From NCBI GenBank assembly GCA_043811375.1, contig JBDRNJ010000031.1, positions 18,031-82,030 on the forward strand: DNA of 64,000 nt, in the 5' to 3' direction. Positions 17,440 through 27,504 of this stretch are shown here, piece by piece; within the stretch, counting starts at the first letter, position 1; every line of letters starts with the position of its first letter. Under the pieces are notes generated by a model that saw nothing but the letters and a program-made list of their open reading frames with translations, was not told where the DNA came from and ran no database searches. The stretch comes from a bacterium. GTDB taxonomy: Bacteria > Zixibacteria > MSB-5A5 > GN15 > FEB-12. The translations under genes and the position numbers were made by a program.

Positions 17440-19315
17440 GGTTAGTCTTCTCCAGTTGTTCCAGCTTGGCGTAGAGATCAAGTATCATATCTTCCAGCTT
17501 CCGTTTGCGTGATGACGCCCGGTGAAGCTGCTCCCAGTCGTTGCGGGGGATGTCGGAGCGGATACCCTCATCCAGTTGCCCCAGTTCCTTCTCCAGGTCG
17601 GCGATCTTCGACCTTGTCGACTGAACCCTTCGCTTGTGGCGTGACTGTCGTCGCGACTTCTCCTTGAAAGCCATATAAGCCGCCTTTTGAGATTTGTCGG
17701 TGGTCTTGGCCGGTGGAGTTGTCACGCTTGTTTTTCCCTTGAAGTAGGCATAGTTGCCGTCGAATATCTGCAACGAGGTGTTTTTCAGGTAGAAAATGCG
17801 GCTGATAACACGGTCCAGAAAATAGCGGTCGTGGCTGACGATCAGGCAACTGCCGTCGAATTCCACCAATGCCTTCTCCAGTACTTCGCGGGAGTCCAGG
17901 TCCAGGTGATTGGTCGGTTCATCAAAGATCAGGAAGTTGGCCGGACGGTATAACAGCCGGGCCAGGGCCAGTTTGGTTCTTTCACCACCTGACAGCGCCG
18001 CTACCGGTTTGAGACTGTCATCGCCGCTGAAACCGAAACGACCCAGAAACGAGCGCATACGACCCATTTCGGCGGTGGGGTCAGCGGTCCAGACCGTATC
18101 CAGTACCGTCAACTCCGGGTCCAGGTCAGCCAGTTCCTGGTCGAAGTAGGCGACATCGACGTTGGTCCCCAGCCTGATATCACCGGAGATTGGCGCCAGC
18201 TCACCGCAAAGTGCCTTGAGAATCGTAGTCTTGCCCGATCCGTTGGGGCCGATCAGGCCGACCTTGTCGCCGCGATAGATGTCAAAGGAAGCCCCGGTGA
18301 CAACCGCTGTGGAACCGTAACCGAGAGTAACATTCTCGACCGCCAGCACGTGAGCGAACGAACGACCGGACAGATGCATAGGCAGGTTGGTAGCCTTGCC
18401 TTCTGACCGGGGCGGGGGCAGGCGCTTGATGCGATTGAGGTATTTCAGCTTGGACTGCGCCTGCTTGGTCTTTTGCCCGGCCATATTGCGCCGCACGAAT
18501 TCCTCGATCTTTTTGATCTCCTGTTGCTGGTGTTTGTAGCGGTGTTCATGCAGTCGGCGGCGCTCATCTCTTTGTTTGAGGTAACCGGCAAAGCCGCCCG
18601 CATAGAAATCGACCTGTCCGTGGCTAATCTCCCATACCTGCTGTACCGTAGCCGTCAGGAAAGCGCGATCGTGCGATACAATCAGGTAACTCCTGTCGGT
18701 CTTGCTCAAGTATTCCTCCAGCCACATCGTGGACTCGATGTCCAGGTGGTTGGTGGGTTCATCCAGCAGCAGCAGGGTGCCGTTGCCGGCCAGGGCGCAC
18801 GCCAGACCGGCTCGGTTCTTTTCACCACCTGAAAAATGGCGCAGTAGCTCGATGTGCCGATCAGGTTCAAAACCAAGCCCGGCCAGGATGATATGAACCT
18901 CACTCTCAAAGCCGAAGCCACCCTCCGCTTCAAAGCGGCTCTGCAATTGCCCCAGCCGAGTCAGCGTGGCCCCGTCGGTGGGGGTGACCGCCAGTTGCTG
19001 CTGCAGTGTCTGCATTTGCTGCCGGAGGGTCAGCAGGTCCTGTCTTGCTGAGGCTACGAACTCAAAAAGACTCAGATCGAGATAACGGTTCAGGTCCTGC
19101 TCTACATAGTCGATACGACAGGCTTTGGCTCGAACTACGGTACCGCTATCGGGTCTGATGCGTCCGGTTATGATCTCAAACAACGTGGTTTTGCCGCTGC
19201 CGTTTTTACCGACCAAGCCGACACGATCTTCGTCTCCGACTGTAATACAAATGTTCTCGAAGATTATCTGATCGTCAAACTTCTTGGAGATTTTATCTGC
19301 GGTAAGAAGAGTCAC
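17432..19315 (-). CDS. ABC-F family ATP-binding protein
   Basis: Two ABC domains (GKNGSGKT, GPNGSGKT; FSGGE/LSGGE; DEPTNHLD) and no TM segments. Confidence 0.9.
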   Translation of the reverse strand: MTLLTADKISKKFDDQIIFENICITVGDEDRVGLVGKNGSGKTTLFEIITGRIRPDSGTVVRAKACRIDYVEQDLNRYLDLSLFEFVASARQDLLTLRQQMQTLQQQLAVTPTDGATLTRLGQLQSRFEAEGGFGFESEVHIILAGLGFEPDRHIELLRHFSGGEKNRAGLACALAGNGTLLLLDEPTNHLDIESTMWLEEYLSKTDRSYLIVSHDRAFLTATVQQVWEISHGQVDFYAGGFAGYLKQRDERRRLHEHRYKHQQQEIKKIEEFVRRNMAGQKTKQAQSKLKYLNRIKRLPPPRSEGKATNLPMHLSGRSFAHVLAVENVTLGYGSTAVVTGASFDIYRGDKVGLIGPNGSGKTTILKALCGELAPISGDIRLGTNVDVAYFDQELADLDPELTVLDTVWTADPTAEMGRMRSFLGRFGFSGDDSLKPVAALSGGERTKLALARLLYRPANFLIFDEPTNHLDLDSREVLEKALVEFDGSCLIVSHDRYFLDRVISRIFYLKNTSLQIFDGNYAYFKGKTSVTTPPAKTTDKSQKAAYMAFKEKSRRQSRHKRRVQSTRSKIADLEKELGQLDEGIRSDIPRNDWEQLHRASSRKRKLEDMILDLYAKLEQLEKTNLD

Positions 19316-19317
19316 GG

Positions 19318-21387
19318 CTACTCCCTGGCGCCGGCAGCCCTCGAAAGCAGCATCTCGGCGGCCAGAAGCATGATTGCCGTCCACAAAAAGAGGGGCCAGA
19401 GTTCTTTACCGAAGCGGAGTTGGGCGATGGCAGCGGTCACATTCTCGCCGGTATCCAGCAGGCGATAGTCTCGGACGCCCAGGGCCGTGGCAAACTGGTC
19501 CACGTCGGCAGCCGTCAGGTCACCCTCGTCAGGATCGAGATTGACTGCAAACCGGTCAACCTCGTAACTCAGCGAGCTTATACGGTAGATACCGGGCAGG
19601 TCGGTCGGTTCGGGCGACAGCACCAGTACGCCCTGTTGTTCTTCGGGAGGGATGCTATAAACCCGGCCATCGGGAGCGGTTAATTCATAAGCCGCCCCTA
19701 CCGCACCCTTCACGATGAGATTGCGTCTGATGTGATCGTCGGTGAATAGATGCACGTCGTAACTGGACAGATCGGAACTTAGGTACTCAACGGTTCTGGC
19801 CACCAATGGTACAAAAAAAGCCCGCGCCGCCAGATCAGTATACTCAGGTGCTAACGGAGCAATAAATGTCACCACCCGCCCCTGGCTGAAATCGGCCTGG
19901 ACCATCGCCGGTCGACCGCCGGTGAAGACGGCCACTGTCCGGGCCTGGCCGATGGTATGGGCTTTGGGCAGGGTGAAAAACTTAATCTCCGGTGGCGGCT
20001 CTTTCTCAAAGCCGAAGACCGTGAAGATGGGATGGTTCAGATCGAAAGTGTGAAAAGTGTAGTACCCGGCCCGGGTGAAGTCTTGCCGGATCGGTTCGTC
20101 AAACACAACTCCGGAGACCTCAGACCACTCCTGGTTGAAATAATCAATGTCGGTCCGGTCGCCGTATGTCAGCAGCAGGGACTTGCCGTTTTTGACAAAA
20201 GACTTGATACGATTGGCATACGACGCCGGCAGTTCGGGCGAGCCGGCCAGAATGATGACGTCGTAGTCGGAAAAACTCACCTGGGACAGTTCCTGCAGTC
20301 CGGCTCGTTTGACCGACCAGTAATGGTTGGCCGAGGCTGAAGGCACCAGGGCCAGGCCCAGCAACTGCCCGGTTCCGTCGCCGTCGATTATCAGCACGTT
20401 GAACGTCGGCGGGATGCGGAAGCTGAAATAGTAACGGTTGTCACCGGCGAAGCGATCGTCGGAGAGTTCGACATAACCGGAATGGAACCCTCCGCGGGAC
20501 AGATTCCGGGTGAATCGAGCAGTGGTTTCCTGTCCGGCGGCGACGGCGAGATCAACCTGAGCAACCCGCTGATCGTTTATAAACAGCGATGCAATGATGT
20601 CGGAACGGTCGTCAGCGCCGTAGTTTCTGACGGTAGCGGTAAGATCAAAGTCCTGTCCCGGCACCAACAACTGGCCGCCAAACGCCATGCCGGTTATGCC
20701 GCAGTTGGCATGTCCCTCCAGAGGCAGGTCCACAATATAGACGTGAGCGTCAATTGACGCCGACACCTGGCTGTCCGGGAGCGAGCCTCTCTGACGGTCG
20801 CAGACAATGTATATTTCCTTGTTAAGATTGCCGGCATCGGCCAGCACACCGGCAGCGGCGGCCAGACCGCCTTCGAGGTCAGAGCGACCATGTCCGGCCG
20901 GTAAATCACGCAACTGTTGTGCGGCTATGGCCGGCGAACCCAGCCGGAGAATCGGCGCCGACAGCTTGCTGCGACATAAAGGCACCAGGGCCACTTCATC
21001 GGATTCGCCGAATGTTGCCAGCAGTCGTTCGGTTTGACGACGGGCGATTTCAAACAGATCACCATCAGCCGTCTGACGATTCATGGAAGCTGAGTTATCC
21101 ATCAATACCACCGCCGACACCGTGGCATGAGCGCCGACACTGCCGCCGGTGCTGGTGGGACGGGCAAACGCCAGCACCACCATCAAAATGATAAGCATCC
21201 GCAAAAGCAACAGCAGCCATTGCCTGATCTTCAGGCGTCGCACCTGGCGTCGCTGCATCGCCTTGAGATGTTTCAGCGATGAAAACTCAACCACCTTGAC
21301 CCGGCGACGAAAGAACAGGTGTATCAGCAGAGGGACCAGGGAAGCTACCGCCGCCAGCAGAATTGTCGAATTCAGAAAACCAAACAT
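19318..21387 (-). CDS. BatA-domain / vWA membrane-anchored protein
   Basis: N-terminal PLLIHL...FSS...LLRML..LAFARP, DNSASM MIDAS, C-terminal ELWP TM. Confidence 0.8.
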   Translation of the reverse strand: MFGFLNSTILLAAVASLVPLLIHLFFRRRVKVVEFSSLKHLKAMQRRQVRRLKIRQWLLLLLRMLIILMVVLAFARPTSTGGSVGAHATVSAVVLMDNSASMNRQTADGDLFEIARRQTERLLATFGESDEVALVPLCRSKLSAPILRLGSPAIAAQQLRDLPAGHGRSDLEGGLAAAAGVLADAGNLNKEIYIVCDRQRGSLPDSQVSASIDAHVYIVDLPLEGHANCGITGMAFGGQLLVPGQDFDLTATVRNYGADDRSDIIASLFINDQRVAQVDLAVAAGQETTARFTRNLSRGGFHSGYVELSDDRFAGDNRYYFSFRIPPTFNVLIIDGDGTGQLLGLALVPSASANHYWSVKRAGLQELSQVSFSDYDVIILAGSPELPASYANRIKSFVKNGKSLLLTYGDRTDIDYFNQEWSEVSGVVFDEPIRQDFTRAGYYTFHTFDLNHPIFTVFGFEKEPPPEIKFFTLPKAHTIGQARTVAVFTGGRPAMVQADFSQGRVVTFIAPLAPEYTDLAARAFFVPLVARTVEYLSSDLSSYDVHLFTDDHIRRNLIVKGAVGAAYELTAPDGRVYSIPPEEQQGVLVLSPEPTDLPGIYRISSLSYEVDRFAVNLDPDEGDLTAADVDQFATALGVRDYRLLDTGENVTAAIAQLRFGKELWPLFLWTAIMLLAAEMLLSRAAGARE

Positions 21388-21396
21388 TTTGTGCGC

Positions 21397-23298
21397 CTAT
21401 TGCCGGTACGGTGTGTCCAGGTATCGGCGAGCTTCTACCTGGTGGTAGTCGGCTGAAGCCAGAGACAAAACGTGCCCGTAGAAATCACGTGCCGCCGAGC
21501 GATCACCCTGCAGATCGGCGGTCTTCCCCAGCCAGAGGTTGATCATTCCCTGATAGAAGGGTCGCGTCTCAAGGAATAAAGCCGTTCGCAAGTAATCACC
21601 GGCCATGCCGGTATCATCCAGCCCCAGAAATGCGATGCCGAGCCAGAGGTAAGCTGTGGGTGAAGCCTTGTGGGTTTGCAACTGCTGGTCATAGAAAGCC
21701 AGTGTTTCATTAAAATAGGTGATGGCCAGGGCGCGATCAGCCTTGTCGGCAGAGGCTCTGAGAATACCGGCCAACAAGACTCTGCTCTCGCCACTGCTGT
21801 ACCGGGTGGGATTGTTAACCAGGTCCTGCAGTATCCGCCTGCCTTCTGTTTCTCTGCCTGTAAAGAGGTTGTTTAAGGCCAGGTTGAACCGGGTAAAATT
21901 ATCGGTGGAGTCTGTCTCCAGCGCCTTGAGAAGGTCCGCGCGGGCTTCTTCATAATAACCGTTCATCATTTTGTACGCCCCCAGACCGGTCCAGTTTCTG
22001 GCTGTTTCTGCAGCCAGATTGGTCATTGCCGCCTGAGCCGTGGTGGCGGCATAGTAATCACCGGCGAAGAAGCAGGCTCTCTTGAGATGGTACAGCGCGC
22101 CCAGAGAGTCGCCGACCGTCGTCGCCTGCCGCACAAACGAGCGGGCATACTGCAACATCCGGGAGTAGTCACGCATCTGTTCCGACCGCTCGATGTGGAA
22201 AGTGAACTCCTCGGCGGAGATCGTCACGGTATCAATGTAAGTGTGCCACTCCTGTTCCAGTTGCGACAGGCTGCGATCATATATCTGCTCAATAGCGGCG
22301 CCCAGATTGAGGTCATCAGCCGCTTTCCATAGTGACCTCACTCGTGCCAGCGAATACTGATCGACAAGGTACTTAACAAATGAAGCCGAGGAACGATCAG
22401 CAATGAACGGATCGGCGTGGTAATACTGATCGCTGTTTAGCAGGAACGTCAGCGGTAGTGACCGTTCCTCCTGCAGCAACTCCTTCATGTCGAGTACCGC
22501 CGGTGTCAGGTAGGACGCCAGCCCTTCCGACAGAAACGGCGGTGCATATCCGAGGTTACGCAGCAAGGCTGTCTGCACAATAAGGAATGGGTCAGCGGAG
22601 TTGATGGACTGACTGTAGATAGCAAAGGCCGTACCGGAGGTGGGGTCGATCGCCATCCCGAACCGGTCATCCCAAAGCACCGAAGAGAGCGGGCAGGGAC
22701 ACAGGAAAACGTGGTACTTGCCCGGCAGATTGAGATCAAGCAGGTTCTTAAACAGTCGGTAATCGTGTTCGAAGAGTTCCTTGACGGATCCAAAGTAGTA
22801 GTCACCGAGAGAGTTGGGCACGAAGTACAGATCCATGTGAGCCGTGGGATCAAACCGGAAGACACCGTCATCGCGATGGCTGAGGGCGCACATGGAAGTG
22901 TCGACTGTGATCGCCGAGAGGGGCGTTATCACCAGTTCATAGATTGCCGCCCCCTTACCGGTAATAGGTTTGATCGCAGCCGGTAAACCGTATTCGACTC
23001 TGAAACTCCGCGAGATTACCTCGGCCGGTGGCCCCAGAGTTACCAGGTGCAGATCGAAAGCTGTCTGAGCACTATCGACCAGATCGATTTTAACTTCCAC
23101 CGAAAAGGCGGCCAGGAAGCCGTTGGCCGAAATCCCCCTGACCAGTCGGGCGGTGTCGGTGACAATCCGTACGTTTTCCTGGCGAGTGGAATCATACTGG
23201 TAGACGTCGAAGGCAAACATAACGCCTTTATCGGCCCATGCTGCGGCACCGATAAGGACAGCAGCCAATATCAGAAAAGAAACACGCTTCATCATCAT
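21397..23298 (-). CDS. Exported TPR protein with degenerate peptidase MA-like domain
   Basis: Signal peptide, PPFLSEGLASY, SFVKYLVDQY and C-terminal TPRs. Confidence 0.6.
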   Translation of the reverse strand: MMMKRVSFLILAAVLIGAAAWADKGVMFAFDVYQYDSTRQENVRIVTDTARLVRGISANGFLAAFSVEVKIDLVDSAQTAFDLHLVTLGPPAEVISRSFRVEYGLPAAIKPITGKGAAIYELVITPLSAITVDTSMCALSHRDDGVFRFDPTAHMDLYFVPNSLGDYYFGSVKELFEHDYRLFKNLLDLNLPGKYHVFLCPCPLSSVLWDDRFGMAIDPTSGTAFAIYSQSINSADPFLIVQTALLRNLGYAPPFLSEGLASYLTPAVLDMKELLQEERSLPLTFLLNSDQYYHADPFIADRSSASFVKYLVDQYSLARVRSLWKAADDLNLGAAIEQIYDRSLSQLEQEWHTYIDTVTISAEEFTFHIERSEQMRDYSRMLQYARSFVRQATTVGDSLGALYHLKRACFFAGDYYAATTAQAAMTNLAAETARNWTGLGAYKMMNGYYEEARADLLKALETDSTDNFTRFNLALNNLFTGRETEGRRILQDLVNNPTRYSSGESRVLLAGILRASADKADRALAITYFNETLAFYDQQLQTHKASPTAYLWLGIAFLGLDDTGMAGDYLRTALFLETRPFYQGMINLWLGKTADLQGDRSAARDFYGHVLSLASADYHQVEARRYLDTPYRQ

Positions 23299-23340
23299 AC
23301 CTTATACTGAGAGTCAGGGAAAACGTTGACGACAGGACAC

Positions 23341-24081
23341 TCAGTCGTCATCCGATTCCTTCGTTGTCACCAGTTGCCCCTCCTTGAGAATGGGCAGAAC
23401 CGGCATAGCATCGATGCTTGCCGCGATCTCACAATCCAAGTCGAATCCCAATTCAATCAGATGCCGGCCATGTTCTCCCTGCTGGATCGTTTGCTTGATG
23501 GCTGTTCGGCTGGTCCGGTAAAGCAGCAGGGCCAGCGAGCCGGCATCGTTCAGAGTCGCCGGAAGGTGTCTCTGGTTGATCAGCCGATCGATCAGTATGC
23601 CGCCGCAGAGCGTGTCCTCAATAGAGAAGCCGCCGTCATGCCCGGAGCATACGATTATCAGGTCACGATCTCGCTCTGCTACCGCGTCCGCCACCCGTGA
23701 TATATTAACCAGGGCGCAACAGATGACCAGGCCGGCATTGTTACATCGGTTGAATACGCCGGTCCCGTTGGATGTGGTCATAACCACAAACTTGTCGCCG
23801 ACGCTGTCGCTGGTAAACTCGGTCGGCGAATTACCCAGCTTGAAGTTTTCGATTTTGACACAGTCCCGTTCACCGGCCAGGACCGCCATATCGGACCCCA
23901 GTTTGCCCCACATTTCGCCCGCCTCGCCGGGACCGATAGTCGGGATAACGCCCCTCGCGCCGGCCATCAGGGCGGCACAGGCGGAGGTGCAAAAACGCAG
24001 CACGTCGATAACCACTACCGTCTTGCCCTCAAGGCTGACCCGGGTCGAGGGCATCGGCGTCAGGTAAAGGCTGATTTTCAT
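23341..24081 (-). CDS. comB: 2-phosphosulfolactate phosphatase
   Basis: VVIDVLR, GER, GNSP, TTSNGT, EDTLCGG. Confidence 0.88.
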   Translation of the reverse strand: MKISLYLTPMPSTRVSLEGKTVVVIDVLRFCTSACAALMAGARGVIPTIGPGEAGEMWGKLGSDMAVLAGERDCVKIENFKLGNSPTEFTSDSVGDKFVVMTTSNGTGVFNRCNNAGLVICCALVNISRVADAVAERDRDLIIVCSGHDGGFSIEDTLCGGILIDRLINQRHLPATLNDAGSLALLLYRTSRTAIKQTIQQGEHGRHLIELGFDLDCEIAASIDAMPVLPILKEGQLVTTKESDDD

Positions 24082-24091
24082 GGGGAACGCC

Positions 24092-25189
24092 TCATCGGTG
24101 CGAAGCTTTCTTGTAAAAGGGTGGTTTGACCACTACGGCCGGGTGTCGCTTCCCCCTGATTTCAACAGTCACGGTGGAGCCGGCTTTGGCTCGACTACGC
24201 GGTACATACCCCAGTGCTATCGGTTTTTTCAGCGACGGCGAAAATGTACCGGAGGTCACGTGGCCGACCACTTCACCATCATCATAGATGTCATAGCCGT
24301 GCCGAGGAAACACCCGGCCCTCAAGTTCCAGGCAGACCAGACGCCGACTCGGCTTCCGGGCTTTCTGCCCGGCGATTACGTCGCGACCGATAAAATCCTT
24401 GTCGAGATGGACAATCCAGCTCAGACCGGCCTCAATCGGTGTCGTGGTTTCGTCGATGTCGTTGCCGTAAAGAGTCATCTTCATTTCCAGTCGCAGCGTG
24501 TCGCGGGCACCCAGTCCGATCAGTTGCAGATCGTGCTCCCGGCCGGCTTCGGTAATGGCCTGCCAAAGGGCGGCACAATGTTGTTGCGGAATATAGATCT
24601 CAAAACCGTCCTCGCCGGTGTAGCCGGTGCGGGAGAACAACAGCTTGATCCCGGCAATCTCGGCCACCACCGATGTATAGTAGGCCATGCTGTTCAGATC
24701 ATGGTCGGTTACTTTCTGCAACACCCGTTGAGCGTTGGGTCCCTGAATCGACAGCAGACCGGTTTCAGATGAGACGTTAGTCAATTGAACGTCACCTGAC
24801 AAATGTTTCTGCAGCCAGGCAAAATCCTTGTCGATATTGGCGGCGTTGACTACCAGCAGGTAGCCGTCGTCCAGCCGGTACACCAGCAAATCATCGACAA
24901 TACCGCCCTCGGCGGTAGTCATGCACGCGTACTGTATCTGGCCGACATCCAGAGCCGCCACATTGTTGGTAGTCGTTTTCTGAAGGAACGCCAGAGCCTC
25001 GTCGCCACTGACCTCAAACTCACCCATATGGGACAGATCAAACAGCCCGACGTTGTGGCGCACCGCCAGGTGCTCGGCCGTAATCCCATGGTACTGAACC
25101 GGCATCTGGAAACCGGCGAAAGCAACCATTTTGGCGCCGGCGGCTACGTGAAAATCGTAAAACGGGGTTTTGACAGGTTCCTCGGTCAT
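24092..25189 (-). CDS. gcvT: Glycine cleavage system aminomethyltransferase T
   Basis: FDLSHMG, RTGYTGEDGFE, GLGARDTLRLE. Confidence 0.95.
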   Translation of the reverse strand: MTEEPVKTPFYDFHVAAGAKMVAFAGFQMPVQYHGITAEHLAVRHNVGLFDLSHMGEFEVSGDEALAFLQKTTTNNVAALDVGQIQYACMTTAEGGIVDDLLVYRLDDGYLLVVNAANIDKDFAWLQKHLSGDVQLTNVSSETGLLSIQGPNAQRVLQKVTDHDLNSMAYYTSVVAEIAGIKLLFSRTGYTGEDGFEIYIPQQHCAALWQAITEAGREHDLQLIGLGARDTLRLEMKMTLYGNDIDETTTPIEAGLSWIVHLDKDFIGRDVIAGQKARKPSRRLVCLELEGRVFPRHGYDIYDDGEVVGHVTSGTFSPSLKKPIALGYVPRSRAKAGSTVTVEIRGKRHPAVVVKPPFYKKASHR

Positions 25190-25393
25190 ATTTACTGGTC
25201 CCGATCATCGAGTTATTGCGCTGAAGTAAAGCCCAATGCCTGTCAATGTCAACATCAGATCGGGTGGGTGATTACTGATAGGGGGATATTGGTTGTAGGG
25301 CAGATTACCCCGAGACCTGCCGGAAAGAGAATCGGCAGGAGTCGGAGACTCCTACCCTGTATGAACTATAAGTCAAAACCCTTTATGACGGCC

Positions 25394-26135
25394 GGGTGGC
25401 ACTCCCAAACTCGTTTGGGAGTGGTACTTATGAAAATGGGATGTGACTTCTATCAATAGGAATGGGGCCACACCTCAGATTGTGCCAATCGCCAAAACTT
25501 GACCACTTCCATTCTTCTGGTGACCTAACCAACCCTTTCCTTACCGGGTTGGCATGGATGTAATCAATGACTTTGAGGAGCGTATGCCTGTTAGTGATAT
25601 TTCTGTTATAGCCGCCACCGTCCTGCCAGAAACGATACTTCTTGGACGTCAATCCGGTCATGAACTGTTTGAGCCTGTCCGGATGATTCTTCCGTGTATC
25701 CAGCAAGACCCTTCGTGCAACGGACTGTTTGATGGTCAGTAGAATGCCAGCTACGGAATATTCCTCACTCTCCGGATAAAGTAGTAAGTGCACATGATCC
25801 GGCATAAAGACATAAGCCCATATACTGAGACAATGTTTTTTCCGTGCCATGTTCACGGCATCAACAAGAAACAGACACGTTTGCTCATCACAAAGAGATT
25901 GCCGGTTCCGGTAGCATGAGAAGGTAAGTTCGTGCGCATGTCCCGGTGTATTGAAATGGATTTTCTTGCTGCTCATCTTGGTTGCTTCAACCCCAAACAA
26001 GTTTGGGGTTGCCACCCCAGCCGGAGACTCCTGCCCTGTATGAACTGGATTCCCGTTTTCACGGGAATGACATGCGAGAAAAACACGCAGCATGCTGTAG
26101 GGCAACCTGGCGCAAACAAGTTTGGGGTTGCCACC
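25394..26135. repeat. REP-like palindromes flanking the RAYT gene
   Basis: GGGTGG-CAnnCCCAAAC-nn-GTTTGGGnnTG-type hairpins at 25394-25423 and, inverted, at 25988-26017. A degenerate copy lies at about 26100-26135 and another REP type at 26047-26072. Confidence 0.75.
25428..25976 (-). mobile_element. REP-associated tyrosine (HUH/Y1) transposase, RAYT
   Basis: AYVFMPDHVHLL, FWQDGGGY, YIHANPVRKGLV, WKWSS. Confidence 0.88.
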
Positions 26136-26141
26136 TGGTGC

Positions 26142-27431
26142 TCATGACCCGACTACTTGACGAATGATCGGAGGGACACTGATTTCCCTGAAGTATTGGC
26201 TACACCATTGCGCAGCGTTGGGATTCTCCGCAAGAACATCGCGCACTGCCAAGATCAGGGAATGGTCAGTCAACTCGGAAACGAGTTTGGCGTATACTTT
26301 GCCGACATAGTATCGATTATGTGAGCACCCGAGCACCGGCAGACGTCGTAAGATGATCGTTTTTACGTCAAAATCTTCAGTGCACCGGAATACCTTTCCG
26401 TAGAAGGTAGCAACAACGTCACAATATGAGAACGCAAGCGGCTCATCCACCTGTCGGTCGTAAGCCCTGAAAACCTGTCCAAATTGTACTGGATGGTTCT
26501 GTATAAGTGGAATCAGGATTGGGTCCGGAATGTTTGGAAAGACTTGAGTCAACATCTGATAATCATCTGCAGTCTCGCTAAGAAATCTCGCCAAAGATTC
26601 GATGGATTGAGTGTCAAAACGCTGATCTCTGATGAGGTTTTGTACCATTTGCAGGGCTAATTCGCCGGGCTTCTCGAAATCTTGTCCGCGTTTCGTCACC
26701 AAGACCACATCTTTGACCATATCGGCCACAGTCTGATAGCGATTATCCGGTTCTTCGGCAGTCGCCTTCTGGATGATGTAATGGAATTTCTGTGGGGTGG
26801 CTTCCAAATTGAGAGATGGATGTGGATTACGCCCGGTCAGAATTTCGTATAGAGTCTTGCCCAGCGAATATACGTCGGCCCGTACGTCCGCATGCTTTGC
26901 ATCTCCCCATTGTTCTGGAGCGGCGTAACCTATAGTACCCATTACAACATCGGAACCTGTAACAGCGGGCGAATCTCTGTCGACAAGCCGACCCAAACCA
27001 AAATCCGAGACTGCGGCGAACATATCTCCATCGGAATCATTGTATATGAGGATGTTCTCAGGCTTTATGTCACGATGGATGATACCATTATTGTGCGCAT
27101 ACTCGATACCTGTCGCTGTTTCGTGGAAAATCCAGAGATCCTCCACTCCGTGGCTCTGCTGTAAGTACACTCGCAGATTTACGAGTGCTCTCGGCATAAC
27201 GAACCACGGCGGGCTGACTGTGAGGTTCATTCCAGATATTGGCACTATGTTGGGATGGTCGAGCTGGGATTGAAGTCGCACTTCCCTTTGGAATCTTAGC
27301 AAGTCCTCAGGTGTAGCGTCAGACTTAAGTTTTTTAACAACGCATTTCCAGTCGTCGTCCGTGCGGATAGCCTCGTGGACATCGCCGAAGCCTCCACCGC
27401 CCAGTACTTCACCGAATCGATATCTCGCCAT
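26142..27431 (-). CDS. Hanks-type Ser/Thr protein kinase with helical C-terminal domain
   Basis: GGGGFG, K, HRDIKPEN, DFG, APE. No TM segment. Confidence 0.9.
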   Translation of the reverse strand: MARYRFGEVLGGGGFGDVHEAIRTDDDWKCVVKKLKSDATPEDLLRFQREVRLQSQLDHPNIVPISGMNLTVSPPWFVMPRALVNLRVYLQQSHGVEDLWIFHETATGIEYAHNNGIIHRDIKPENILIYNDSDGDMFAAVSDFGLGRLVDRDSPAVTGSDVVMGTIGYAAPEQWGDAKHADVRADVYSLGKTLYEILTGRNPHPSLNLEATPQKFHYIIQKATAEEPDNRYQTVADMVKDVVLVTKRGQDFEKPGELALQMVQNLIRDQRFDTQSIESLARFLSETADDYQMLTQVFPNIPDPILIPLIQNHPVQFGQVFRAYDRQVDEPLAFSYCDVVATFYGKVFRCTEDFDVKTIILRRLPVLGCSHNRYYVGKVYAKLVSELTDHSLILAVRDVLAENPNAAQWCSQYFREISVPPIIRQVVGS

Positions 27432-27504
27432 TTCTCTTTCCCAACAGCATGTGGTTCACCCAGTACAGTGCCAACTCATCACAGAACCAATAATCAGCAA
27501 CCCC

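Noticed and set aside
25190..25300. Glycine riboswitch upstream of gcvT
   Set aside because: No GGAGA/CCGAAG/CTCTCAGG aptamer motifs are recognisable.
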